From Eutreptiella sp. 'Long Island Sound 2002' (Eukaryota > Protista > Euglenida): a stretch of DNA of 64,000 nucleotides. The stretch is from assembly GCA_964036045.1 (NCBI GenBank), contig OZ038378.1:74152001-74216000 (forward strand), read 5' to 3'. Positions 24,807 through 37,267 of the stretch are shown here, piece after piece (position 1 is the stretch's first letter; each line of letters begins with the position of its first letter). Below the pieces are notes generated by a model. The model did not search any database. It saw nothing but the letters and a program-made list of their open reading frames with translations, and had not been told where the DNA came from. The position numbers and the translations under genes were made by a program.

Positions 24807-26880
24807 ATGGATAGTGGCGTGCAGTGCTTGAGGTTGCCACAATCGCCGCCGCCACCGGTGCCGCCGACCAATGACGGGCCACAAGGTGACCCTTTGCCCA
24901 ATGTGAAGGTTTGCACTCTGCAGTGTCGCACTCGGCAATGTTGCTCAGTGATGTAGGTGTTGCTCTGGCCTTTGTGGCTGTTGAGCACCGCTCGTCTTCC
25001 ATTTTTTGGGTGCCATGTCCAAACTGTCCGATCCGCTTGCAACAGGCCGAGGACGCGAGTAAGAGGGGCCCTACAGTGGAGGCACCTACCGATGTGCCTG
25101 ACGGTGTGCCTGACGGTGTTGCTGCGGTGGAGCCATTGGCAGATGGTGACGGGCACGACTAGAACCCCATCGTTCCGGAAGCCCCCAATGGAGGGGAGGA
25201 GATTGACCAAGGTTGTGGCATGTGAGGTTCGTGCGTTGCCTGCTTCCCATGGTTGTCCTCTCCGTCCTGCATGTTGTGTGTGGTTGTGGCTCGGGACTGG
25301 TTAGCGTGTTCCGGACGTCCCGCGTGTTGTCTCTACCACTGGCTCTAGATCCATGAACTCGTTTTTCCCGTTGTTCCCATCGTCCAGCACCACGTTGGCG
25401 TTTCTTCTCCAGCTCTCATCCATTTTTCATCACTTTTCATTAGTTGCTTAGGCCCGGTGCATGAGGTATAGGCCATGGAGGACGCGAAGAGGATTGTGAT
25501 GACGGAAATGGATTGGACGAGAAGATCATTGACACCAAGCCTTTGCCATCCCAACCCATGGGACCGGTGCGAACCCTGCTGGGAACCCTGCGTAGGCCGG
25601 GTACCCAATTACGAGGACGCGGCCCCACCGCCCGCCTCCCCCCCAAGCACACACCCCCAGTACACAAACAGAAACACCAACAAAAACACAAACACGCTCT
25701 TATGTGTTAGGTGTGTCTTGCGCGTTCCGCACAGGTGGTTTTGGATTTGCTCCAAAACCACCTCTAGCAGAGCCAACGTGCAGGACACCCAGGAACACCA
25801 GGGACGTTTCGTTCCACTTGGCAAGGACACTACCATGTCCTACAAGTGGCTTTGGTAAAAAAGTTGGTTCTCTAGCTAACGGAATTCGTGGTATCACGAG
25901 CATGCGCGACGTAGTGGCGGCAGCAATAGGCAAGTCCGCAGCTGTTGTTGTGCGTAGTTTGTTTCAACTTGTTCTAGATGTTGCCCACATTCAAGCGAAG
26001 ATGGTAACAAAGAGGAGTTTGTACAATGACAGGGCAAACGGGAAGGTAAAGGTTGCAGTGTACAATTCATGCGCACCCGCCGGTTGGAGTCCCTCATTAC
26101 GATGTGCTTTGGGGAGGGGGGACTGAACAACAAGCAAGTGGGACGTAGGCTATGGAGGTAGACTATGGGGTGATGTTTGTAGGGACTGGTGGGACAATTT
26201 GGGCAGGATGTGCGTGTATGCATGGCAAACGGGATGGCAGTCTTGGGGGGAGGTAGGAAGGCCACACGAATATACTATACGGGCAAGGCCCACTTATTCT
26301 TACTGTGTCTCAAGCTTGTGTGATCACATTTTCGGATTGACCACATGTATTTCTTTGCCCACAATTGGAGAATCATGTCCAAACTTTGATGCTTTACCAT
26401 GGAAGGTATCATCGTAGGCTAAGGTGCATGCTCAGCAATGGCGGGGGCCTAAGCGTCCTGCGTGGCCGCCTACGTGTGTAGGTTGTGGTTGACAACCACA
26501 TGATAGGTGACACCCTCCGTCAACAGGGCTGGGATGTCACCAATAGGTCCATGCGTGGACAAGGGGCTGTGGTAGTGCGGCCATTGGCGCGGGGTGCCTG
26601 CAAGAGGGCACTTAGCGACCTCAACTGTGTTCCTATCCTCTTGCAGCGTTTCAAAATCCGTAAGCGGCGGGCCTACGGCATGCGGACATGTGACCATGGC
26701 TTGTGGTGCCTCCGGGTACTTGAGGCGGTGCACGCCACGCATTGGAGGTGCGCGTGTGTGTCAAAATCACTGGCAAAATGGAATGATTTTCGCGCGAATT
26801 CGGTGCATATTTGCTTTCGCAATCGCGCCGCAAACACAGGGAAGGGATGCCGTAGGAATGGGGCATTTGGTGGGGCACCA
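24807..26880 (+). pseudogene. Non-satellite island; possible decayed LINE 5' part with APE remnant
   Basis: VGSLANGIRG (~25862), VAVYNSCAP (~26052), WGDV (~26148) and RPTYSYCVSSLCDHIF (~26287-26330) resemble APE motifs in the correct order, but the match is weak. Confidence 0.3.
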
Positions 26881-28090
26881 TGAAATATTTGATACCCGCG
26901 TGAATTCTTTAACCTGCTCAGAGGAATATTTGATGCCTCTATGGAATATTTAACCCCCTCCGTGGAATATTTGATACCTGCGTGAATTCTTTAACCCCCT
27001 CCCTGGAATTTTTGATACCTCTGTGGATTATCTAACTCCCTGCATGAAATATTTGATACCTTCGTGGATTATTTAACCCCCTTCGTGAAATATTTGATAC
27101 CTCCGTGAATTATTTAGCCCCCTCCGTGGAATATTTCGTACCTCCCTCAATTACTTAACCCCTACCCCGAAATATTTTATGCCTCCGTGAATTAGTTAAC
27201 CCCCTCTGTGGAATATTTCATACCTCCGTGGAATGTTTAACCCCCTCTGTGGAATATTTGATACCTCCGTGAATTATTTCACCCCCCCCCCCCGGGAAAT
27301 ATTTGATACCTTGGTGGATTATCTAACCACTCGGTGAAATACTTGATACCTCCGTGAATTATTCAACCCCCTCCGTGAAGTATTTGATACCTCCGTGAAT
27401 TACTTAACCCCCTCCGTGGAATATTTGATACCTCCGTGAATTATTTCACCCCCCCCCCTGTGAAATATTTGATACCTTGGTGGATTCCTTAACCCCCTGC
27501 GTGGAATGTTGGATACCTCCGTGGATTATTTAACCACCCCCGTGGAATATTTGATACCTCCGTGGAATATTTAACCCCCTCTGTGAAATCTTTGATACCT
27601 CCGTGAATTATTTAACCCACTCTGTGGAGTATTTCATACCTCCGTGAATTTTTTAATCCTGTCCTCGGAATATTTGATACCTTCGTGAATTATCTAACAC
27701 CGTCCCCGGACGAATTCATGCCTCCGTGGATTATTTAAGCCCCTCTATGGAATATTTGATACCTTCGTGGATTCTTTAACGCCCTCCGGGAAATATTTGA
27801 CACTTGTGTGGAATATTTGACCCCCTCCGTGAAATGTTTGGTACCACCGTGGATTTTGAAACCCCCTCCGTGGAATATTTGATACCTCCCTGGATTATTT
27901 AGCCCCCTCTGTAAAAATTATGATACATCCGTGGATTATTTAACCCCCTCCGTGAAATATTTGACACCTCCGTGTATTATCAGACCCCGTTTGTGAAATA
28001 TTTGATACCTCCGTGGAATGTTTAACCCCCTTCGCGGAATTTGGGATTCCTCCGTGAATTATTTAACCCCCTCCGTGGAATACTTCGTAC
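26881..28090. repeat. 41-bp satellite array 2
   Basis: Same monomer as array 1. Confidence 0.97.
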
Positions 28091-28232
28091 CCCTGTACGC
28101 TGTATTGAAGTTCTGATGGAGGCTGTCGGTAGCAAGGACAGCAGCAATCTGCGCCTTGACCGTAGTTCTTGACTGCTGGTTGCCCCCTTTGCACTGTGCA
28201 GTCTGTTTTTCATTTTTACATGAGCAGACAGG
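28091..28232 (+). repeat. Split direct repeat A1
   Basis: ccctgtacgctgtattgaagttctgatggag...catgagcagacagg is repeated at 33870. Confidence 0.93.
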
Positions 28233-28256
28233 ACCAATCGGAGGCACCCCGCGACT

Positions 28257-30764
28257 ATGGGTGCCTTTCTCATGCCGTCATCAGCTCGCCAACGGGGAGA
28301 AGTGGTCAGGGACGACAACAGCCAGACCAATGGACTGGGATATCAGGACGAGGAGGAAGCAGGGATGCCTCGCAATGGATATCGTGCCGACGACAGTGGG
28401 GTGTTCGTGGGCAGTGGCGATGGCGGCCTACCTCAAGCAAAGCCCGGTGGAAGCGTTCGAGGGCGAGAGCGGAGTACAAATGCGACAAGTACCAGGGGGA
28501 GCACGGTGCAGGTGTGCGCTGTGGACCCCTCGCGGAGATACAAGCCGGTGCGGCCCGCGTGGAAGACCGGCCTGGGGGTCAACCTTACGGTGATGGCAGT
28601 GGAGGAGTCACTGGGTCAGACGACGGCCCCGCCCCGACCAAGACTAGTCACGGCGATTGCTGGCAGTGGCAACGATACGGCCCCGGCAGGAGCACATAAG
28701 GACTGGGTACAGAAGGGCCCGATGACTTCCCCGCGGCGGCAAACGCCGGCGGTTCCCGCGAAGCAGGCCGACCGGGTGATGGAATCCACTGTGACGACAG
28801 TCAGAGGCTCACTAGGTCTGGCCCCCCTCGATCCCGATCCAGTGGCGACGGTTGCTGGCAAGGGCGGGGGTGCAGCGGCGGCAGGAGAGCAGTGGAGCTG
28901 GGTATGTAGAACTGTGGTGGCCACACAGCGGCGACACACGCCGATGTTTCCCGCGAAGCAGGCCGACCGGGTGATGGAATGCACTGTGACGACAGTGCGA
29001 GGCTCACTAGGTCTGGCCCCCCTCGATCCCGGTCCGGTGGCGACGGCTGCTGGCAAGGGCGGGGGTGCAGCGGCGGCAGGAGCACAGCAGAGCTGGGTTT
29101 AGGGGTGGTTGATGGCCCCAAGGCGCCGACACTCGCAAAGGAGGCAGTGGTGCACACTAACCAGGGGAATGGCCTACACCCTTGCTCGCCAAGCGCAATG
29201 CGGGCCCGTTTGGGCGGGGCCAGGCACCCCAGGAGTGCGCCGGCGGCAAGAGTGAGGTCGGACTGGGCATGGAGGTGCTTGGTAGCCCCCCTTTTGCAGG
29301 GGAAAATGATTTTGAGAAAGAGGACTGTGCGGACGTTGAAGAGCTCGTCGAATGGTGGCAACACCAAGAAGAGGGTTGGAACTCGGACACAGTACTCGAT
29401 GAGTGGGATAGTGTGAGGACATGCGACGGCTTCATTGAGGTGCACGAGACAGTGTTCTTCCCAGAACCTACTGACGATCGGCCACTAGACCCGGAAGGGC
29501 AGTTGCTGGTATGGGATCGCCACGTTCTACTGCGAGACCTGCGAGGGGCCGTGCACCAGGTACCGGTGCACATGGACAGGGACTGCAGGCAGTTTGCAGC
29601 ATGGTAGCCTGATCAACTTGAGGACGTCATCTTCATTGCGGGGGCTATGGTGTTGGTGAAAAGCGCGAGCCTGCGAGACCTTGGTGTCGTACCTGGTATG
29701 CTTCTGGAGATGAGGGCCCGACTAACGGGGTGAGCTGGGGACTCACACCCGATGGCGGGGCTTGCCGTCTTCCGTGTGCAGAAGTACGAAACCTGGAGGG
29801 AGTACCTGGCGGGTTCGCGATGACAGCCGGAGCATTCACACGCGCCATAGAAAAGATGATAGGCCGGTTTGCGGGAGACTTGCCCTCCCTGTTGACGAAC
29901 GTAAGCGTCACGTGCCCGGGACTGGAGCCAGAGCATATGTGGACCTTGCTGGGATGCTTTGAGACGTATGCGGGCGCCCTGTTGGATTTCTCCGTGATGC
30001 GGTACGTGCAGGTTCGCCGTGAAGAGTACCATGATCCAGAGGACTGGGGTGCGTTGCAGGAGGCCCGCAGAGAGTATGACGAGGTAGAGCATCAGGTCCC
30101 ATTAGAAGGAGCGAACAGAAAAGAACAAGATGAGCACCTGAGTGAGCTTGAGAGTAGCGACGAGGAAGAGAGCCCGTACGAGGTCCTGAACCTGGACAAC
30201 GTGCGCAAAATCAGGAAGCGGCCGGGTGCGCCCAAATGGACGGTAAGACTCAGCAAGGCCCTTCGAGACTACCTGCAGCAACCAGAGAGAGCGGAGGCAC
30301 ATAGCCTGGCGAATGCCATATGGGAAGTTATGCGGAAGATGGATCGCCACGGGGGTGCCTACTTGAAGGAAGAATGGAAGAAAAAGCACAAGAAGGAAAA
30401 GAAGAAGCGACGCAGGGAGCGCAAGAAGGCGAAGAAAGCGGGCCAAAAAAGCAAGAAAGGCAAGGGACGCAAGTCGAGGGATTCTGACTCCTCCAACGGC
30501 AGCTCTAGCGAGTCCAGCACCAGCTTGGATAGTTCGTCATACTCCCAGTCCAGTGGCAAAAGTGGACGCCAAAAAGCCACACAACGAGCGAGTGCCGGAC
30601 GCAAAGGAAAGGTGGAAATCTGGGTCGTGGACGGGCGGCGGGAGTTTTGGTCCAAGAAAAGCCAGCGGTGGATCGACTGTAGCAACCCGCCAGAGGTGCC
30701 ATGCCCCAAGTGTGGACAGCGGCACTGGTACCACGAGGCCGAGGCCTTTGGCTGTGGGTCTTGA
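28257..30764 (+). pseudogene. gag-like ORF1 of YR element 1 (broken)
   Basis: ORF pieces 28257-29102, 29182-29607 and 29730-30764. It ends in a Lys/Ser-rich tract and CPKCGQRHWYHEAEAFGC (zinc-knuckle-like). Homologous pieces occur in copy 2. Confidence 0.7.
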
Positions 30765-30769
30765 CTACG

Positions 30770-31650
30770 AGAGAATGGGGGGGGCGCGTTGGATGAGCTG
30801 GACAGGGGGGGGTCGGGCACTCTGCGAGGCCGTGCAGCAGTACCTGGATGCCATCCAGTCAGAGCCTGGACACTTCTGGCTGTCAGCGGCAGCGCATGCC
30901 CTGGAGGAGAGCACCAGAAAGGGATACGCAGCAGCCCTCCGGCGGCTGTGGAAGCGAAGAGGGGAACAGTTTGGGGCGAGCCCACGCCAACTTCTGGAGT
31001 TGGAGATCAAGGAAATGGTGGAAGTGAGAACGCGGAGGGGAACCCCAAAAAGTTACTGTCCGCCTGCAGGCACTTGGACAAATTACATCTTCATCCCAAG
31101 ATTGTGGAAACCGGGGACTGGCGGGTGGTCAAGTGGCTGGCCAAGAGGCGGGTACGTGGCGAGTCAGCCCTGGTACGCTGCGCGCCGATGGAATTGTTCG
31201 TCTGGCTGGTGGAGCAGATTGTGGACCTGGCAAGCGCCGAAATCGTGGCGCTGGCCTGCATCAGCGTGGCGTGCCTGCTGCGAGTGGGAGAGGCGGCCAG
31301 AGTGCGCACCATTACACGTGGGGACGTCCGGTTCAACGGTGAAAAAGGGCGGCCAGGCATCTGGGATGTGGAGGTCAGACCATGGACATAATGGTGGGTA
31401 CTGTTCCTCTGGGAAATCCGACGACTCAAACACGGGCGTGCCGACTTGCCCTTTGCCTTCCAGGACGCGACGGAGTTACAGGCGGGATGGAAAAAGATTG
31501 TTGGAGGCTCGGACTTCGAAGGGTACAGGTGGCATGCCCTGCGTAGGTGTGGAGCGGCAGTCCTGTGGTTCTGGGGCGCCCGCATCCAGACGGTCATGCT
31601 CGCGGGAGGGTGAGTCACCCGCAGTGTCGCCAAGGATTACTGCCACCCAA
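30770..31650 (+). pseudogene. Tyrosine recombinase of YR element 1
   Basis: LLRVGE (R 31281), GEKG, WHALRR (H 31533, R 31542), MLAG-frameshift and AKDY (Y ~31638). It is frameshifted with stops. Confidence 0.92.
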
Positions 31651-31949
31651 CGCACGCGTGGTTCTGCGAAAGACGGATGCACCTCCCGGTTCCGGTGCAC
31701 TGGGTGGGGGGGGGGGACTGGCGGAACGTTCCAGTACAGCTCAGAAGAACGACCTGTGGACAGTTTGTGGGCGCGATGGGTCCGAGCGGATCTGCGAGAC
31801 GCTGCACCTCAGCGATGCCCTGGGGCTCCGGCGAGTGCAGTCGGCACAAAGAGACGGAAAAGAAGCAAATCCTTGGAGCCCACGAATGCCACGCGCGCGG
31901 AGTACGACAACGCGTCCAGCAGCGAAGGAGAATACCGGTTCATGGAGTG

Positions 31950-32900
31950 TGACCAGTGATGCGTTGGATGGCTTCGGCAGGCAAGTGGAGAGACTGATGC
32001 GACTACCAGATGTCCCGCGTATTCAAGAAGGCCTTGTAGCGGGAGGGCTGATGGCGCTAGGAAGGCTGGCGGCTACTATTGACCCGCGCAGGGGGTTGTT
32101 AAGACTAACGCAAGCCCTGGAGACCATCTCGGAGGAAGGCCTCAGTCAGGCGTCGGAGGAGTCGTACTATGATGATGACGAGGTAGAGCCGGTGAGCCTG
32201 CAGCTTGCCAGGCGGGGGATTGGTGAAGTGGGAAAGGTTAGAATGGCGGATACCATATGGCGGCGTTGCGTGCCGAAGGACCTTCTACGTACATACCAGG
32301 CGTGGGACCGGAAATATGCCAGTGGTGTACCAATGGTGGACAGCCCAGCCGTGGGCGACATGCTCAGCTCTATTCGCGAGGCGGGACCTTTGATGAAGTG
32401 CAGCGAGGCCCGAGGTACCCGCAAAGCAAGGGTCTTTCCTAAGAACTCGCAGAAATGTGCACTCATTTTGGTGTGTGTTGGTCTGAACGACGCGGACTTG
32501 CGTAAGCCGCCCAAATTCCGTTTACCCCAGGTGGAGTAGGTAACTCGCCTGATGGCGGATGCAGGTCATAAGGCTTTTCTGGGGAAAATAGATCTCAGCA
32601 ATTGTCTTTGGTCTATTCGCATGCCGTACAGGTGGTGTAGGGTTTTCCATGTGAACACACCCCAAGGATGTTTCCGCTGGTTGACTCTGCCCTTTGGGTG
32701 GAAGTACTCGCCTGTACTTTGCCAGATACTTGTTTCCGCGCTAGTCAGGAGGGCCCTGCGCGACTTGCGGGCGAGGGGGGTCACTTACCCGGACGATGTC
32801 CTTGTGTCTGCGGTGGGTAGGTGCCGTCTGCGCGTTGCTGCGCGCCGCGTGAGCCGAGTCTTGGGCCGGGCGGGGTTCCCCTTAGCCCTAAGAGTGTGAT
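31950..32900 (+). pseudogene. Reverse transcriptase of YR element 1
   Basis: VFPKNSQKCALI, KIDLSNCLWSI, LPFGWKYSP and YPDD (32786-32797). Confidence 0.92.
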
Positions 32901-33747
32901 TGAGCCTGTCGGAACCTTGGATTTTATTTGGAAACAGTTTTCTGCCGCTACTTTGACTGAGGAGAATAAGCCAGGGATTATTGGTGGCATTGTGGCACTC
33001 TGGCTTTTGGGCGTTGTCCAGAACAGGCTGAGCGCGCGGATGGCTGCGCGATTGTTAGGCAAGCTTGAGTGGGCTGTGAGGCCCAATGCTGGGCTGGCCC
33101 CATTTGTTGCAGGGGGCCACTGTTGGAAGTTGAGCGATTTTTGTGATTTTCGAAAGGGCATGCATAGGGCGCTGATGACTACCATTGCCTTTGCCCTGAC
33201 ACTGCAGTGCTTTGCGCCTTGGCCGTGGTTGCCTCAGATGCCAGTGTCTCAGTGTGTCTTTTTCACTGATGCCGCCAAGAGAAGTACGAAGGGCAGGTAC
33301 AGGATTGGGATTGTGAGAGAGGGCAGGCGATGGGTCAGCCATAAGGCGCCCAAGTGTATCAGTACTTTACAGCAGGCAAAATTGTATAATGCAGTGTATG
33401 CGCTGCGCTTGGGTTGCTATATGCGCTTACCTTATGTTGTGATTGCCACACACAGCGACGTTGGCAGGGCACATATTTTAGGCATGCGTGGGGGTATTTT
33501 CTTGCGTAGCCGGCAGCGACTTCTTCGACAGTTGTTCTGGCTCAGGAGCTGGAATGATCGCCCTATGGGTGTTTTCAGGGTAAGCACGGATTTGAATCCT
33601 GCCTACCCGCCTAGTAGGCTGGGATCCTTTCACACGCACAGTGATGTTACTGACAGTGTTAAGCGCCGGCAGGCAGCTTGGAAAGGTGAGCCGAATCCTT
33701 TTATTTGTCTTGATTTTCTCCCGAGGTTTGCATGGCGTCTGCGATGA
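32900..33747 (+). pseudogene. RT connection and RNase H of YR element 1
   Basis: FFTDAA, QQAKLY (E mutated), IATHS and NPAYPPSR (DIRS-type NxADxxSR). Confidence 0.85.
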
Positions 33748-33770
33748 TCCTCGCATTCGCTCGTATAAGG

Positions 33771-34192
33771 GTTGGCAGCTTGGTATGCATGTGGAATGCA
33801 ATGAATGTTCGTCCTGTGCTTGCTTATGTGCTGCATTGGAGTGCCCTGCGACCGAAAGCCGGTTTGAACCCCTGTACGCTGTATTGAAGTTCTGATGGAG
33901 CCTGTCGGTAGCAGGGACAGCCAACCTGCGCCTTGACCGTAGTTCTTGACTGCAGGTTGCTTCCTTTGCACTGTGCAGTCTTTTTTTCATTTTTACATGA
34001 GCAGACAGGCCCGCCCACCCGCCCGGAGATTTTGTCTTTTCCGTGCGCACACTGGCACGGAGTGTCGCACCCAGGCAGTCTGGAATCATAGCCGTTGGCA
34101 GCTTGGTTTGCATGTGGAATGCAATGACTGTTCGTCCTGTGCTTGCTTATGTGCTGCATTTGACTGCCTTGCGACCGACAGCCAGTTTGAAC
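33771..34192 (+). repeat. Right terminal block B1 (33771-33869), A2 (33870-34009), B2 (34094-34192)
   Basis: gttggcagcttgg...tttgaac occurs twice, 99 bp each, flanking A2. Confidence 0.93.
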
Positions 34193-34900
34193 CTCCGTGA
34201 ATTATTTAACCCCCTCGGTGAAATATTTGATACCTCCGTGAATTATTTACCCCCCTCCGTGGAATATTTCATACCTCTGTGGATTATTGAACCTCCTCCG
34301 TGGAATAATTGATACCTCCGTGGATTATTCAACCAACCCCCTCCGTGAAATGATTGATACCTCCGTGGAATATTTGATACCCCCCCGAATTATTTAACCC
34401 CCCCCCCCCGTGAAATACTTGATACCTCCGTGAATTCTTTAATCCTCTCCGTGGAATATTTGATACCTCCATGGAATGTTTCACCCCCTCCGTGGGATAT
34501 TTGATACCTCCATGGATTATTTAACCCCCTCCGTGAAATATTTGATACCTCCGTGAATTATTTAACCCCCTCCCTGGAATTTTTGATACCTTTGTGAATT
34601 ATTTAACCCCCTCTGTGGAATATTTGATACCTCCGTTGAATGTTTAACCCCCTCCGTGGAATATTTGATACCTCCGTGGATTATTTAACCCCTTGTGTGA
34701 AATTTTTGATACCTCCGTGAAATATTTAACCCCCTCCGTGGAATTTTTCATACCTCCGTAAATTTTTTCACCCCCTCCGTGAAATATTTGATGCCTCCAT
34801 GGATTATTTAACCCCCTCGGTGGAATATATGCTACCTCCGTGGAGGATTTAACCCCCTTTATGGACCTTTGTGGATTATTTAACCCCCTCCGTGAAATAA
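34193..34900. repeat. 41-bp satellite array 3 (continuation of array 2 after the YR insertion)
   Basis: It resumes at ctccgtgaatt, exactly in register with the left junction. Confidence 0.95.
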
Positions 34901-34917
34901 TTGCCGCTGCTCCTTGA

Positions 34918-35040
34918 CCAGGGTCGTCATGCATTCCCCAACCCACCTACTGCTGGCCCTTGAGCCGCAGAAGTTTGCCCTTGGTACCTGGCCGCCGCGC
35001 CTCGGTTTGGGTCTTCGTTCACATCCCAGCCCACCCACTG
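34918..35040 (+). repeat. ~1.4 diverged copies of the 88-bp repeat seen at 5935-6450
   Basis: ccagggtcgtcatgcattccccaacccacctactgctggcccttgagccgcagaagtttgcc... is roughly 80% identical by eye to the 88-bp unit. Confidence 0.85.
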
Positions 35041-36085
35041 GCATCAAGTGGGCCTGCGCAAGAACCCAAGGAGGAAGCGTCCTACCACTTCGAGTATCGG
35101 GGTCTAGGACCAGATTGCCCTCCTGAGTTGTGGTTAACAACAAGTGCCCACCGGCCTGCACCTTGTGGGCCACGAAAGAAGCCACAACCTTTAACTGTTG
35201 TGAGGCAGCCTCGTACAGATGGCCCAGCATCTTGAATGGCCCCCAACGGACACTATGGAGGCCGCTCGGATGAACATGGGCTTGCGCCTAGCCTTGGGCC
35301 AGATAGGGTCGAGCGCCCCACCTGAACAAGAGGCCATCTATTATAGGAAGTTAGCATGGCACACAGCACCATGTGCCAGGGCTGTGGTCCATACCCATGG
35401 ACTTGCAGCATTGTGCCGCCTGATGTACAGCCAAGAGGGCAGTCCCAATTGCACACGAGAGGATGGTGGTGCTGTTGTGGAATACCGTACGGTAGCCTCT
35501 AACCTGTGGGAGCGGATAAAACAGTATGAGCAGGAAAGTCGGGAGCCGGGTGGTCCACGAGGGGCCATTTTTGGACGGCCCATGAGCGTTTGCATACGCA
35601 CTTGGATGGAGGCTTGGAATAACATTGTGTATGTCTTGCCACTCGTGCACTCATCGCCATTCTGGAGAGGGGAGACCAGGTACCCCACACCCTCTGTGGA
35701 GAAGATGTATGTGGCTGGGGTACGGAGACAACCCTTGGGCCGAATGTAGTATTTTTGGCCACAGGCAACAGGTGCAGCACAGCCATTCACAAGTGATTTG
35801 GTTGCACCTGCGAGCCGCCGGAACTGAGCGTTGCCGGCCGGTGGCAAGGGTTCGAAAGGACAGGGCACCCCAGGATCCGGGGATGGTCGGCAAAGATCGT
35901 CGTTGCCAGGTGGTGGCACATGTTCGACTAGACAGGGGTCTGCTGGATCTAGGGGTAGTCAACGGAGCTCGCCGTTGCCAGAAAGTTCAAGTTCTACTTG
36001 CAGTCCCGGACCTCAACCGACCGTCCCAACCAAACGAGGTCGTGTGACGGTGTGGTTGACTAGGCAGTAGCACTTTGACCAAGCA

Positions 36086-37267
36086 TTGATGCAAACTTGC
36101 CCCGGAATTGCACAGAATGTCCGCATTGCGATGCAAGGCTTGGGGGAGCAACGGCGGGAGCCCCTGTCAGAAGACGCCCTGGTGGCTGCCCATATTGTGG
36201 GACGCCACTTTGCAGAGTCCATGCGTATCCCCATGCAAGAAAGTAGCCACGTGATACTGAGGTGCACCCCTTTCAGCCTTGACATACCCCGCAACTACTT
36301 GGGATACCTCCATGCTGGTGTCTGTGTGGTGAACAATGCATGGTCAGATGATGCTCGTGAGGAGGCCATGGAACTTTTATTGGAAGCAATGGCTGAAGCT
36401 GGGGTGCAAGGCCCCGACCCCCCAGATCTCATGACACTTGACCAGGATCCCCCGAGAGGTGATCCAAGCGAGTCGGACGTCCCAGCCTGTGCGATGCGAC
36501 TCGGATCCCAAGGTACATCTGGTGGTGTCCCTTGTGACAAAGGTACACCCAATGATGCAGGTGCTGTGCACCAGGACGATCAGATGCAGGAAGGGGACAC
36601 AAAGGAGGCCATAGGCACAGATGGCATCCGTGGCGATGCACAGCACTGCCTACCCCCGCAACCTCCTCCCCCCCTAACTCCTATGACTGCTGACCAGGAT
36701 CCCCGCAGAGATGATCCAAGTGAGTCCGACGTCCCAGCCTGTGCGCTGCGATGTGGACCCCACGGCGCACCCGGTGTTGCATATGGTGTGCATGGTGATG
36801 ATGAAATTGAGGGCCGAGAAATGATGGAGAACACACGTCCTGGTGTTGCACAAGAGTGCCTAACCGCACACTCTCGTTGTGGTGTTGAGGCACTCTCTCA
36901 TCAGGGGTCGCCTGTGCCACTAGCACAACGCCCACCAAAGGTTTTGTTTACTGGGCAAGATAGTGAAATGTCGTCCCCTACTATGCATAGCAGTTTGGGG
37001 ACTGCATGCACCGTCATGGCACTTAGTAAGTCCAGCACAGATGGCTCACACCTAAGCAACAGCCCCCCCTCAAGCAAGAAAGCTATGCCTAGGGATCCCA
37101 AACACATGCCTGCTGCAAAGTGTGTGCGGTTTGGCGAGGACCTAGCTACACCAATTGAGATCGACAATCCTAACCAAAAGCTTGAAAAGGATCCATTGAA
37201 GGCCAAGGCCGGTAGGGATCCACCTACCATCCGTCAACTGAAGTTACGGTTGGCGCCTGATGGGTAG
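36086..37267 (+). CDS. Uninterrupted 393-aa ORF of unknown function, with an internal duplicated DQDPxRxDPSESDVPACA unit
   Basis: Long open frame co-oriented with the downstream domains. The repeat units are at ~36437 and ~36690. Confidence 0.4.
   Translation: MMQTCPGIAQNVRIAMQGLGEQRREPLSEDALVAAHIVGRHFAESMRIPMQESSHVILRCTPFSLDIPRNYLGYLHAGVCVVNNAWSDDAREEAMELLLEAMAEAGVQGPDPPDLMTLDQDPPRGDPSESDVPACAMRLGSQGTSGGVPCDKGTPNDAGAVHQDDQMQEGDTKEAIGTDGIRGDAQHCLPPQPPPPLTPMTADQDPRRDDPSESDVPACALRCGPHGAPGVAYGVHGDDEIEGREMMENTRPGVAQECLTAHSRCGVEALSHQGSPVPLAQRPPKVLFTGQDSEMSSPTMHSSLGTACTVMALSKSSTDGSHLSNSPPSSKKAMPRDPKHMPAAKCVRFGEDLATPIEIDNPNQKLEKDPLKAKAGRDPPTIRQLKLRLAPDG

Larger units (their letters stand above)
28091..34192 (+). 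mobile_element. Tyrosine-recombinase (DIRS-order) retrotransposon, copy 1: gag-YR-RT-RNaseH with split direct repeats A1...B1-A2-B2
   Basis: A1 28091-28232 matches A2 33870-34009, and B1 33771-33869 matches B2 34094-34192. YR, RT and RNaseH motifs are present and there is no TSD. Confidence 0.95.
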
